Below are positions 50,854 through 62,400 of a stretch of DNA of 64,000 nt, piece after piece. The notes beneath the pieces were generated by a model, which saw only the letters and a program-made list of their open reading frames with translations, was not told the DNA's origin and did not search any database. Origin of the DNA: Cheilinus undulatus (taxonomy: Eukaryota); contig NC_054885.1 of NCBI RefSeq assembly GCF_018320785.1, positions 14,981,132-15,045,131 on the forward strand, written 5' to 3'. Position numbers and translations under genes: made by a program. Every line of letters starts with the position of its first letter. Position 1 is the first letter of the stretch.

Positions 50854-52240
50854 CTTAACACAAAAGAAGGTCACACATAAGAGGTCTTTCATCTGAGAAA
50901 TGAAGATACAATAGTTTGTATTTTTATCTCGTATAGCCTTTATTTAACCAGGTTAGTCCTACTGAAATCATAGATCTCCCATTCAAGGGAGACCTAATTC
51001 AGAATGGAAACAATTCTAAAAATCAAAAACACTAAAGCTAGCATAAAGTTCCCCCGTTTTTTGTGTTTTTTTCATTTTAAACTGTTAAAACACTCTTAAC
51101 ATGCAATACGTTAATTCTTTTTCCGTCATCGAGTTATAGTTATAAGGGTTTTTTCTGTTTCTTAAACTTATTCGGCCGGGAGCTCCTCGTTTTAGCTGTC
51201 TACAGTCTCATCTACAAACCAGAAGTCCCAGCATGCAGTAAAATGTAAATAATTGCCATATATTAAAAGTTCTAAGTATTTTGGAAGAATTGGCAAAAGC
51301 ATGTATTCACAGGACATTTTCTGGGCCTTTCATGGTTAAAATAAGAAAAGAGTCCAGCAACGCAGGTTGTAAAGGGTTAAGCATAGCAGGTCATCTAAGC
51401 TGCAATCAGATGTTTGAGCTTCTCCTTTATCAAAGGCTGAGCCCAGAGACCCTGCTACTCTAATTTCTCACCCTTTAATCCACAATCTCATTCCTGTGGT
51501 TCATTTGGTAACTGCCTAAAGCTCAGATCACTCTAAAGCTTCACCTGTGGTTCAGCTTTTTCTAAACTGCAACAGCCCTGTAAAACACCTGCATTGCTGC
51601 TGATGCTGCACCAATGCATCCATCAGTCTTATCATCCATTATCCATCTTCTAACATGAACCTGAGATACATGAACTAATTTCCTTGGAGCAAGAGTGAGC
51701 AATCCATCAATTTCCTGCAGAGAGCCATGCCTCAGACATGGATGTGCTGACTCTAAGCTTTACTTTTAGCTGCAAACCACCCCAGTTACTGAAGCCAGCA
51801 GAGCCACATCAACTACAAAAATTAAGACAGTTTTCCACTCTCAGCCACTGCTCCTTTAGATTATGTAAATCAGTTACAAGAGGCAGCTCTTGCAGAGGCC
51901 AGCACCCACTTGACTTGTGCTGGGGAAAAGGCCACAGCTCTAACTTGGGTTCCCCTGGGGTCCAATGGCTCATAAAACTGGCTCCAGTCTTTATGCCCAG
52001 AAAACAAGTTGTAACACATAAAGGCTGAATGAACAAATTTGTAAACTCCAAGAGTGCACTCTGACTGATGCTTGGTGATGGAATAGAAACAACTCTAAAC
52101 ATTGCAGCACTCAGCTATGGAGCTTGTGAGTATCCTCACATGGTACCTGATGTCAAGCCAAACTGGGAAACTGCAGTATTTATCAGTCTGACTCAAGTTA
52201 ACAGGCTTAATATTATTTCAAACTCAAGGTTAACTCTTAC

Positions 52241-52682
52241 CGAGAGCCTGTATTGATCCAGCAGCTCCTCAGAGTCTTTGCCCTCAGTAAAAACAGGGAC
52301 ACAGTTCTCTGGTCTGAAGAAAATTGTCTCCACCTTTCTCCAGTAATCCTCCATCTCCTCCTCTACCCTCTGTTGGGACCCTGGACTCGGAGAGAAGCCC
52401 AGCATGCTTTCATATCTCCGTCTTCTCTCCTCTCTACTCCTCCTCCTATCTTCAGAGCTCACATAGTCTGTTATCTGAGGGGTCGGTTCCTGACTTGGTT
52501 TACTCTGAGAGTCCGAGTCCTGAGACTTAAACCCAGCCCAGTCGAAGGTTCTGTATCGTCCCTCTCTTCGTCTCTGCTTCACACTGATGTGTTTGACCTC
52601 AGCATCTCTCTGTGCCGATGAGGAGTCCAGAGTCAGGTCTGGTCTGAGGAGGAGCTCAGGTGAGAGCTGGAGTCCTGGTAAA
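52241..52682 (-). CDS. triobp: TRIOBP-like exon ((S)LPGLQLSPELLLRPDLTLDSS...RRSREERRRRYESMLGFSPSPGSQQRVEEEMEDYWRKVETIFFRPENCVPVFTEGKDSEELLDQYRLS)
   Basis: acceptor caatag|t (completes Ser from previous exon), donor tcg|gtaaga; 147 codons open. Confidence 0.6.
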
Positions 52683-53079
52683 CTATTGACAAAATGGGAC
52701 AGGAAGTAAAAAAATAAATTATTAATCATACATCAGAAAACAATACATGTTATCAGTCAAAGGTCAATGAATGATTAAAATTAAGTGTTGGCTAATGTAA
52801 AGGCTTACAGTGCCAAAGTAAATGCTTTCCCTAAACATCCTCCTTCATCCTTTAAGTCTACCCTTCTCCTGCCTCCCCACATCCCCCACTACTCCCTTTT
52901 TTTCATCAGCAAGTACTGTATCTCTGAGACAGAGTTTGGCTCCACTCTGTTATAAGGAAGTCATTACTCTACAACGTATTTACATTAGGCATATTTGATT
53001 TTTGCTGTAGCAACACTATAATTGTGATACACAAAGCCATTAAATAACAAAAAAAATAACTAGCTTTCTATATTTATAC

Positions 53080-53189
53080 CTGGTGACATCGGGGGTGTTA
53101 ACAGGATGAACATTTCTCATCAAAGCCTGAATCCAGCTCCTGCGGATCCCAGCTGTCATGGCCGACAGTGTGAAAACACCGTCTGGAGT
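53080..53189 (-). CDS. triobp: TRIOBP-like PH-domain exon 4 (TPDGVFTLSAMTAGIRRSWIQALMRNVHPVNTPDVT)
   Basis: acceptor ctccccag|act, donor ag|gtataa; matches TRIOBP PH C-terminal helix [33 protein letters not shown] (from memory). Confidence 0.75.
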
Positions 53190-53300
53190 CTGGGGAGAAA
53201 AAATCATAGATTCATAAAAATCCACATATAACAAAAACCATAATCTTGTTGTTATAAAACAGGTTTTTTAACTGTTGTGGTGTCAGAGGTGTTGTCTTAC

Positions 53301-53390
53301 ATGGATCTGGAAGCCATAGTTTCTCTGAACCTCAAACTCAGATACTTTAAAACACTTCATCAGCTTGATTTCTCCTTCAAGTTCAGAAGA
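53301..53390 (-). CDS. triobp: TRIOBP-like PH-domain exon 3 ([30 protein letters not shown])
   Basis: acceptor tctgtcag|tct, donor cat|gtaagac; matches TRIOBP [26 protein letters not shown]. Confidence 0.7.
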
Positions 53391-53479
53391 CTGACAGAGA
53401 AATAGAAAGAGACCTTAATATTTTAAATAAACCCAATGGCACGTTTTTAATCGTCAGGAAAAAATCAACCTGAAAATAC

Positions 53480-53548
53480 CTCCTCGGCTAATGAGTCCCT
53501 GTAGAATCTCAGACTGTTTGTTGAGAGGACAAACCAATATTTTTTTGA
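53480..53548 (-). CDS. triobp: TRIOBP-like PH-domain exon 2 (SKKYWFVLSTNSLRFYRDSLAEE)
   Basis: acceptor tcctccag|tca, donor gag|gtatttt; matches TRIOBP [23 protein letters not shown]. Confidence 0.7.
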
Positions 53549-53632
53549 CTGGAGGAAAAAGACAACAAATTAATGAGAATAATATGAATAAATTGGCCTT
53601 AATTGATATTTAGGACAGGCAAAAATGTTTAC

Positions 53633-53689
53633 CTGCTCATTTTCATCCAGTTTGACCAGCCAGCCTTTCTTAAAGTTCAATAAATCTGG
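53633..53689 (-). CDS. triobp: TRIOBP-like PH-domain exon 1 (PDLLNFKKGWLVKLDENEQ); start codon not located
   Basis: acceptor ttttacag|cca, donor cag|gtaaac; matches the TRIOBP-1 N-terminus (M)TPDLLNFKKGWMSILDE. Confidence 0.7.
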
Positions 53690-54585
53690 CTGTAAAAGCA
53701 AACACAGTTACATTTACAACAAAAGCATTTTTCTATTAAATAGATGAATAAATAGATGTGATAAATGTAATTTCTGTTTCCACTTATTGTGTTTGATAAG
53801 AGCAGCCTTTACCTTAAAAACTCAAATCATTTGTGTTACAGTATGAGATTATGATATAATTGTTTTACAGCATAAAAATGTATTGTGATTTTGTTTATTT
53901 ATTTATGTAATGTTTTAAGGAACCTTAATTTGTTTGACTATTTGTAGGAATGCTTTATTCCTTTATGTCTCTGCTTCTGAGAAAAAAACATCGTCCTTTA
54001 AACTCTAATTATATATATGATTAATTTAAATCAGAGTTAATGTGCCTCACAATTTAAGGTTTTGTGCCCAAAGCATACACAAAGCAAATAAAATATGTTT
54101 GACATCTAATATGTCATTTAGAAAATAGATATTTGTTTGCATACAGAAGCCTGTATACAGGTTTGATTTAAATATGAATATTGTCAGTTAGCTATAGGCG
54201 CTGTTGTTTGGCTTTACATAATTTTGTGACACAGGCTGACACTGATTCATAAAGACAATGAATTTCAGTGTGTGTTCTGGCAAATATTCGAGTACACTTT
54301 TCTAATGAAGGCAAGGATTATTGAAATAGGGATGCAAACTTAATCCAATAATGACAATCTGTCTTAATCTGACCCTTAAACATGGTCTAAACAGCAGATT
54401 AAATAATAGTGGCTGTGATTGCTGTATGGCCTCTAGAGGTCGCTGTAGGACTAGTTAATTTTTATCCACACTGTCTTTGCTCTCACTGATCTTCACAGCT
54501 GTGCTGTGCGATATGACCTTATGCAGCTTTCAATAAAACATAAATATTCTATCTTTGTCCTTTATAACCAAAGTTTGTGTCTCAC

Positions 54586-54684
54586 CGTGATGACCGTATC
54601 AGTCGTCCTGCGATCCAGAGACCTGGTCCTCCTCTGAGGTTGGGGGGTACAGAGCTGGTTGATGTCTCCACAGGACTGGAGTTT
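54586..54684 (-). CDS. triobp: candidate upstream coding exon of a longer triobp-like isoform (KLQSCGDINQLCTPQPQRRTRSLDRRTTDTVIT)
   Basis: acceptor ttttaaacag|aaa, donor acg|gtgagac; ends phase 0 and joins ...VIT|PDLLNF, reproducing the T-P junction of mammalian TRIOBP; no other homology support. Confidence 0.3.
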
Positions 54685-56784
54685 CTGTTTAAAAGCAGAC
54701 ACAGACACCACAGAAGCATTTTAATTTTATGTATGAAGCCAGGATATTTTTTGAATCAGTTTGTTCAGTCAGAGTTAGGGATGTTCTGGATGCTTGTCAG
54801 ACGTCAGCTGGAGGATCAGATCTGCACAGCAGGGGGCAACAGGGTTTAATACTCAGACTGTTATATCAGCAGCTATTTTAGATTCTAAACAGCATCACAG
54901 TACATAATTTTTTCATTTTACCAAGTATCCTGGATTATAAGTGCATCTGAAGTTTGTAGCAGAGCATTCAACTTGATTGACTTTTCATTGAGTTCTATAT
55001 TTTTAATCATAGATAGATCCTCTGCCATCATAGACTTAAATTCCATTTGAGATGCAGCAACCCCTCTCCAGAATGGCATCCTTGAAGACGAATCTAAGAA
55101 GCGTTTTATGCTGTTGTACTCCCACGTCAAAGCCCAATGCAGAGATGGTGAAGCATGTGCAGACACCTTGTCTAGTCAGGTCTAACTGAGGTGTATACAT
55201 GCAAGAAAAGCAATGTTGCTTGGATTTGATTTTTCTGTTTAAATGAGATCCTGGTGTGATAAAAGGCTGATAATGATAAAAAAAAAATTTTGGCTTTATA
55301 GATAAATCTTTTTCAGTGAGCTTCTCTTTAATCTGAGATTAACAGATGCAGAGACAAACATCTGTCTGAGACTTTTCATCATTTAGAGAGAGAAACTGAA
55401 CTTGGACACAGACATGAAAAAGCACATTTAGAAGCACATCTTCAGTGTGCCAATCATATATCAAAGTCAAAAACAAAGAGACACGTTGGATCAGGGTTCG
55501 GCCCAGAAACACAAAGGTAAAGTAAGAATGGCACTTTGCTGCGGATACAACACTGTCTGATGCCTAACCTGTTTGTACTTGAGGACTCTCTTCTTTAAAA
55601 ACCCCACTCTCCAGGCTGTTTTTAAGTTTAGTTAACCAATATTTATATTTTGTAGATGAATTACACATAATAAGGGAGAAAAGCTGTTAAAAGTGGCTCT
55701 TGTGGTTCAAGCTGCAAGCTACTCACAAAGCATTCTTGGATCATAAGCTGGGAAACCAGGTAGGCCACGTTTTCACCAACATGTGGGAAAAATGGCCTAA
55801 TGTTTAACAAATTAACCTCATGGAGTGCAGTTTTATTGATAGACTCCTCAATTCAGAATAACAAGAGGGGTGTGGAGGTGTGCAGAGCTGAAAAGAGCAT
55901 CTCTAGGGTGTTTATTTGACTTGGAAATGTCTAGTGAGGCCACAATGTCACAGAGTTTTGGGCTTGAGGGGATGAGGTTCAGGGGGAGCTCAGGCAAACA
56001 AATGTGCAGCTGATGCCAGAGAATAATTGTGGCCCATCAAAAGTAAGCAGCTCAAAACATGAATGTGACACAGCTAGAAAATGGCAGCTTACAGTAATTC
56101 TCTTTTTTTTTATACAGCAGTGTGTGATGTAGCATTCAGTGTTTACACACCACAATAATCATAATGCGGCGGCTCTCTCATGACAACCAGCCATAACAGA
56201 CATTTTCTAAATGTTTTATTCTTTAACATTTATTATGACAGCAGCGCTCCTCGTATCTAATAATCCACTCGACTATTTCCCTTCTATCATTAAAGTTTAA
56301 AGACACCACCACTGATCCTGGATGAGTCTGGTGGTTGTTCTAGTTTGGTTTTCACAAATTACACAATAACCCAGTTTTTTGCTGTAGTGTAGGGTTAATC
56401 TGGACTTTTCTCTGCTGCATCAGAGTGAAGATAAATCTGATTATTCCAGATGTACTCACACAGAATTAGAGTTTTACCATCACATGTGGGCAAAATGTTC
56501 ATTAAAATATCAAATGGCCAAACACAGACACAAAATCTGAGCGCATTCTGAAATATTACTGTTTTGCAAATTAATTTTTCAAAAGCTCACTCTTTAAGCA
56601 TCTTTGCAACATATCATTATGTATTAACTTGACAAAATGTAGCCTGATAATTTTCACTTCCGTATGATTTATGTTAGAATGCAAAACATATATATTCATA
56701 AATAAAGAAGAAGATTTTATGTATTAATCCATCAGCGAGAAATTAAATTTTACCTGCCATTAATGAACATGCCAATATGCCATA

Positions 56785-57660
56785 TGTACACTACATAAAC
56801 AACAGTATTTGGCCACACATGTTAATTATTGAATTCAGGTGTTTTATTCAGACCTGTTACCACAGGTGCATAATATCAAGCACCTTGCCGTGCACTATCT
56901 ATTTGCAAAATGGGTCATTCTGGAGAGCTCAGTGACTTCAAGTGTGGTACTGTGATGGATGCCACCTTTGCAATAAGATGGCTTGTGAAATTTTATCCCA
57001 GCTGGACATTCCACAGTTAACTGTAAGTGATGTTATTGGAAAGTGGAAGCATTTAGGAACAACAGCAACTCAGCCATAAAGCAGACCATGTAAAAGACAG
57101 GGCCACTTATTTCCATTGAAGGCCAGTCTTAATGCTCCAGCACACCAGTACATTCTGGACAATGCTATGCTTCCAACTTTGTGGCAACAGTTTGGGGAGG
57201 CCTTTTTTCAATTCCAACATGACGGTGCTCCAGTGCACAAAGCAAGGACAATAAAGACATGGATTGATGAGTTTGGTGAGGAAGAACTTGACTGGCCCAC
57301 ACAGAGCCCTGACCTCAACCCCATCATGCACCTTTGGGATGAACTGGAATGGAGATTATGAGACAGGCCTTCTTGTCCAACATCAGTGCCTGACCTCATA
57401 AAAGCTCTACAGAGTGAATGGGCACAAATTCTCACAGAAATACTACAAAATCTTGTGGAAAGTCTTCCAAGAATAAAGTTTAAAGTACATGTATTCAAAT
57501 ACAATGTCATTACAGCCCTTGTTGTTGTAACGGTCAGTCGGCTGAATACTTTTGTCCATATATTGTCTATTGATATTAATGAATGATGAGGTCCTTTCTG
57601 GTTGGTTATTACATAATTCACTATATGCTTATGTTTTAATAAACAAAGAAATGCAGTGTG
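56785..57660 (+). mobile_element. Tc1-like transposon remnant (same family as 3190-4100; multiple frameshifts/stops)
   Basis: transposase fragments ...GHSGELSDFKCGTVMDATFA... and ORF 57116-57361 ...ILDNAMLPTLWQQFGEAFFQFQHDGAPVHKARTIKTWIDEFGEEELDWPTQSPDLNPIMHLWDELEWRL. Confidence 0.8.
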
Positions 57661-58545
57661 TGCATTTCGTGATAAACACTACATGCTATAATAATCACCG
57701 AATAGTATGGAAGAAATCTTTATATAATTAATTCATAACATTTATTACAAAATGAAGGTGTAATCACATGATTAAGTGAGTATTGCTGTATTTATTACAT
57801 AATGTAGTGTTGTTACACAATGTTTGCTGTAGTCTTACTCACTTGTTTTTCTTGTTTTTATTCACCTCTGTGTAAAAAGGTCTGCTCGGAGGCGTGATGC
57901 TGTCTGAACACGTCTGTGATGTCATCACAGTTTAACTTAACTACCTCTAAATCTGCTGTTTGTGTTTTCTATTCACATGCACTCAAACAGGTGTTCACTC
58001 TAGAGGAGAGTGAGGTTCGAGAGACTGCTTCACTTAGTGTATGAGCGTCTCTCATAAACAGCACTTGGCTTGCTCTGTTTTGTTGCGTCTTGTTTTAGTC
58101 TCAGGAATCCTGGAAAAACTCCGTCAGAGGAATGTTACTCCAAGACGCGCACCTACACATCAACATACACAGAGGACTGAACGCTTTCAGACATTAAAAT
58201 CCAATCTGTTTACAACAAACAGCAGCTCAGAGTGAGTCAACCCCCCTCCCCATGATGATGTCAGACTCTCCGTTAACTTGGCGTCTCTCTCATTCTCTCT
58301 CTAACACCTGGATTTGAGGATTTGTGTATTTGTGAGTCATGTTGAAACCAGTCCAGCTCAGTAAAGACAGGACACAGACTGGTCCCAGAGTCCATGACTA
58401 ACACTCGTCATATTATTCAGTGCACTTTTATTTTTCAATCCAACAATTCAGACAAGCATGTGCTCGAACATAAGTTTAATGCCAAAGAACCTCAAACCTG
58501 AAACGTCATGTCTAAAAATGGGTAACAAACTCTGTTCCTTTAGGT

Positions 58546-59487
58546 CAGGGGTGTCAAACTCAATCACAGCAGGGGCCGGATTTTGAATTTGGGTCTAACC
58601 GAAGGGCCTAACAGGGTCAATATTTAACTATTGAGTGTCAACCTAAATGTATTTGAGATTAAAAGGTTAACATGAAAAGTTAAAAACTCAGATAAAAAGT
58701 CAAACTTACAAGATTTAAAATAAAACATGACATTCAAAGTCAAATAATGTTTTTAAAGGCAAAATATGATACAGAATACTGAAACCATTTTTTTAACAGT
58801 CAAAAAATGAGATAAAAGTAAAAATCATAATTTTAAAGGTCAAAATATAAAATAAAATTTCATATTCATGAGTTCTAAAGGTCAAAATATGAAATAAAAG
58901 TCAAAATCAAGAGTTTTAAAGGTTAAAAAAAAGTGATAAAAGTCAAAGTTAGGAGTTGAAATGGTCAGCAGAACAGAGAAAATGTTTAAAATCATGATTT
59001 GTAACAATCAAAATATGAGATAAACATCAAAATCATGAGGTTTAAAGGTAAAAAACTAGATAAAAGTCAAATGTAGGAGTTGAAAAAAGTCAAAACATGA
59101 CTTTTAAAGGTCAAAATAGAATTTAAAATGTAATATTATGAATCTAAAGGGTAAAAATACGAGATAAAAGTAAAATTTATAAGATGTAATGGTTAAAATA
59201 TGAAATAAACAGTTAAAACCATAACCTTTAGTCATAAATGTGAGATGCAAAATTGAAAATATAGAGAAAACACACATTTCTCCTGACTTTTTATCAAATT
59301 ATTTTTTTCTGATTTTTATGACTCAGTAAGGATATAATAAATTATCAAGGTTAAGCTCACTGGAGGAAATCTGCAGACCTCATACTGGTGGGCCAGTTCT
59401 AATAAATTTTTCATATGATCTGGTGGGCTGGGTTTAACTGCACCACGGGCTGGATTTGTTCCCCGGGCCTTGAGTTTGACACCCCTG
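58546..59487. mobile_element. hAT-like nonautonomous element (MITE) with 8-bp TSD ctttaggt, TIR caggggtgtcaaactca, and an internal about 600-bp AT-rich minisatellite
   Basis: 5' CAGGGGTGTCAAACTCAATCACAGCAGGGGCCGG ... CCGGGCCTTGAGTTTGACACCCCTG 3' are reverse complements; identical flanking octamers at 58538-45 and 59488-95; interior is about 15 degenerate copies of an about 45-50 bp unit (gtcaaaatatgaNataaaagtcaaaatcatgaNttttaaag). Confidence 0.75.
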
Positions 59488-62400
59488 CTTTAGGTGATGT
59501 GGGTTCTCTTTTATCTAGAACTACTGCTGAGATTACTTGTCCTGAATCATAACTACTCAGATTTGAGGCCAGGTGGCAGAGCTGCAGTGTTTTTAAAAGC
59601 ATTTTCCCTCCATGACAGCTGTCTCTCCCTGACCCTGAGCATTTGCTAAAATAAAGCCAGTTAAAGCTTGTTTGCAGATGACGTTTTGCACAGCCAAGAT
59701 TCCAAAAGCAGGAGGTGAATTCTGCTTATGATTGTGCCAACCATTCAATTGAAAATAAAAAACAATCTTATGCTACTTTTCTGTTCTAAAAGTAGCGACA
59801 CATTCAGGCAAAAAACATTAAAAAGCTCAGCCACTTTTGTTATGTACTTAGTTACATAAATTCTTTATGCAGAAAGGAATCAGGATTATTGGGACCTTGG
59901 ACCAGATCAGGCACAAGGTCATTTTTAGTGGCCCTTTAAAGATCCAGTATGTTGGATTTCTGCACTTAAATATCTATATTAATTAAAAAAGCTACCATTC
60001 CTATATCATATATTTTTAACTGAGATCTTAGCTATTTCCCAAACCTCTACAACCTCATTCTCTATACTAGTTCTCGTTTTGAATTGAAGATTCTGATCAA
60101 TTACAATGTCACCTCATAAACCAAAGTTTGGTTTTCATAAATAAATTTCTTGTAACAAGGGAGAAATGCACTGAAGAAGGCACTTCCAGGTTTGTGCTGG
60201 AAGTGACACAAGAGTGCATACACACCCTGGAGAATGAGGAGGAAGAATGTCTGGCCATCGGTTCATGACCTTAAACTCAAACACACTTGGGCTGTGCAGC
60301 AGGACAATGATCCCAAAAATACCAGAAAGTCCACCTCTGAATGGCTCAAAAAACATAAAATGAATGTGAAAGTTATAATGTTCTAAAATATTTCAGTGTG
60401 AGAAAGATGTAAAAAAAAAAGTAATAATTTAAATCAGAAGAGGGGCAAATACTTTTTCACAGCGTCATGCAATATCTCTAAGGCCCTTTATATAGATGTT
60501 TTTTTCAAGAAGTGGCCCCCCTTCTGAACTAATTAAATAGCCCTGATGTAGAAAAACTGTGATGAGGTGATAGAGATGTGAAGCAGAGTTCATAGAGATC
60601 CATCTGTACTGAACATGTCGTTCCAAACGTGTGAGATGTTTTGGTACTCTGTGTTCTGTTATTAAACCCACACTCTGTAATCTTGGTGTGTCTCTGGGTC
60701 AGACTCTGAGCCTGGAGCAGCATGTTAACAAAACTTAGACCTTCTCAACCAGGGATTGAATACTGTAACTCTATTCACCAGTCTCAGCAACTCATCATTG
60801 AACCCTCTAGAAATGATCTAAAATGCTGCAGGGTGGCTCCTCACTAAATCCTCCATAAGGTCTTATGTCACACCGATCCTTTTGTCTTTGCAGGAAACAA
60901 ATTTCAACTCTACACCTACTTAAAACAGTCTGTTTTTACACAATTTCACTTCCTTTGACAGTGTATTGTGCACTACCTGTTGTTGTCATTACCTCTCGTT
61001 TGTTGGTACGACCTTCTCTCCTGCTCCACTTGCTCCCATCTTCCTGCTCATCCAGTCCCTGCAGCCTTTCTGCAGAGCCACCAAGCCTGGAAAATCCAAA
61101 CAGTGAGTACAAAAACATATTGCCTGAATGTTTATGTACCTGTGTCATCAACACACAGGTGTGGTCATGATGTTCAAAGTAACTGTCAATGAAAGAAGAG
61201 AGTTTAGTCAGATCTTCTCTGCTGCTGCTGGGATAAAAATGAGCCATCCTAATACTGCTGTCTCTAGCATGTTCAGTGTTAAAACAGGACAGGTATGACG
61301 CAAACAAGCAGTGTGCAAAATCAAATGTAGACCTGATGTTTGTTCTATATGTAGAGTCAGAGGATGAACAAACTATTTTCTCGTGAACCCTCTGACAGTA
61401 AATGCTAATTTCTGTCAATCCATCAAGTAGATCTGAAATTATTTGGTATGAAAAGTTAAAAACTGCCACGTACAGGTGGCCCAAGAGGGAAACCAGTGAT
61501 ACTTTCAACATTAATTCTCCAAAGCAGTGGTTGCCAAAGTGGAGCCAAGTTAAAGCAGGGGCATGGCAAGGCTAAATAAAGCAATGTATAAAGTTTTGCT
61601 CTGCAAAGCATGGCAAGTTTTGTGGGAGGACTTCAAGGTAAAACTAAGGCTAACAAAAAAATACTACTAATACCCTACTAAAACACAGGAAAAAAAATAT
61701 GAGAAGTCACATCTTGCCCTGGGCTTCACCTGTACAACGGGGAATGAGAGAGAGCCACACTTCTTTGCCACCTTGTGAGATAGGTTTTTCCGGGTTTACT
61801 GATTTATTCCTATATGTTAACGTGTATGATGGTAGGTGGGGAGGCTTGAGAATATTTTTATCTGCCTGGCCTGGCAAAAAAAAATTAAGAATCACTGCTC
61901 GAAGGAAAAAGATATCAGCATTTATAATATGATTCAACCAAAAAGAAAGCATTAAAGAGTGTAGGCCAGCCGACACACCCAAAGCTATGCTGCTAACATG
62001 GCTAACTAGAGTTAGTTTAAGGGAAATTAAGAACAGACTTCAAATATAATTTTATCAAATCAATATGCACCTGAATCACCAGGTAAAAATTCTTTGTTCA
62101 GTTCAGGGAAGACTTACAGGTCATAATACCAAGGTGGCCATGTTCCTGCTACTTCATGCTCAGGGTGGGTAGCTGAAATGTTCTCATCATGTTGGACTGT
62201 GTTATCATATTGAAAATAACAGTAAAGTTCAGCTGCACAGTTTACCTTATCTTTGAACTGTGAAACAGATCCAGAGAGTTTTGTCTCAAGGTTATATAAA
62301 TGTGTTAAAAAAAAAAAATTAATGGGATTAAATCATCTTTCTCCTGGTGTCTAAACAATTCTAAAGAAAAAATGTCAGCTTGGAAGTAGCTGACATTAGC

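Noticed and set aside
58680-59290. regular about 45-50 bp repeat array resembling a CRISPR array
   Set aside because: The context is a eukaryotic genome. The units are degenerate AT-rich minisatellite copies without unique spacers, and they are enclosed by the TIRs and TSD of a hAT-like MITE.
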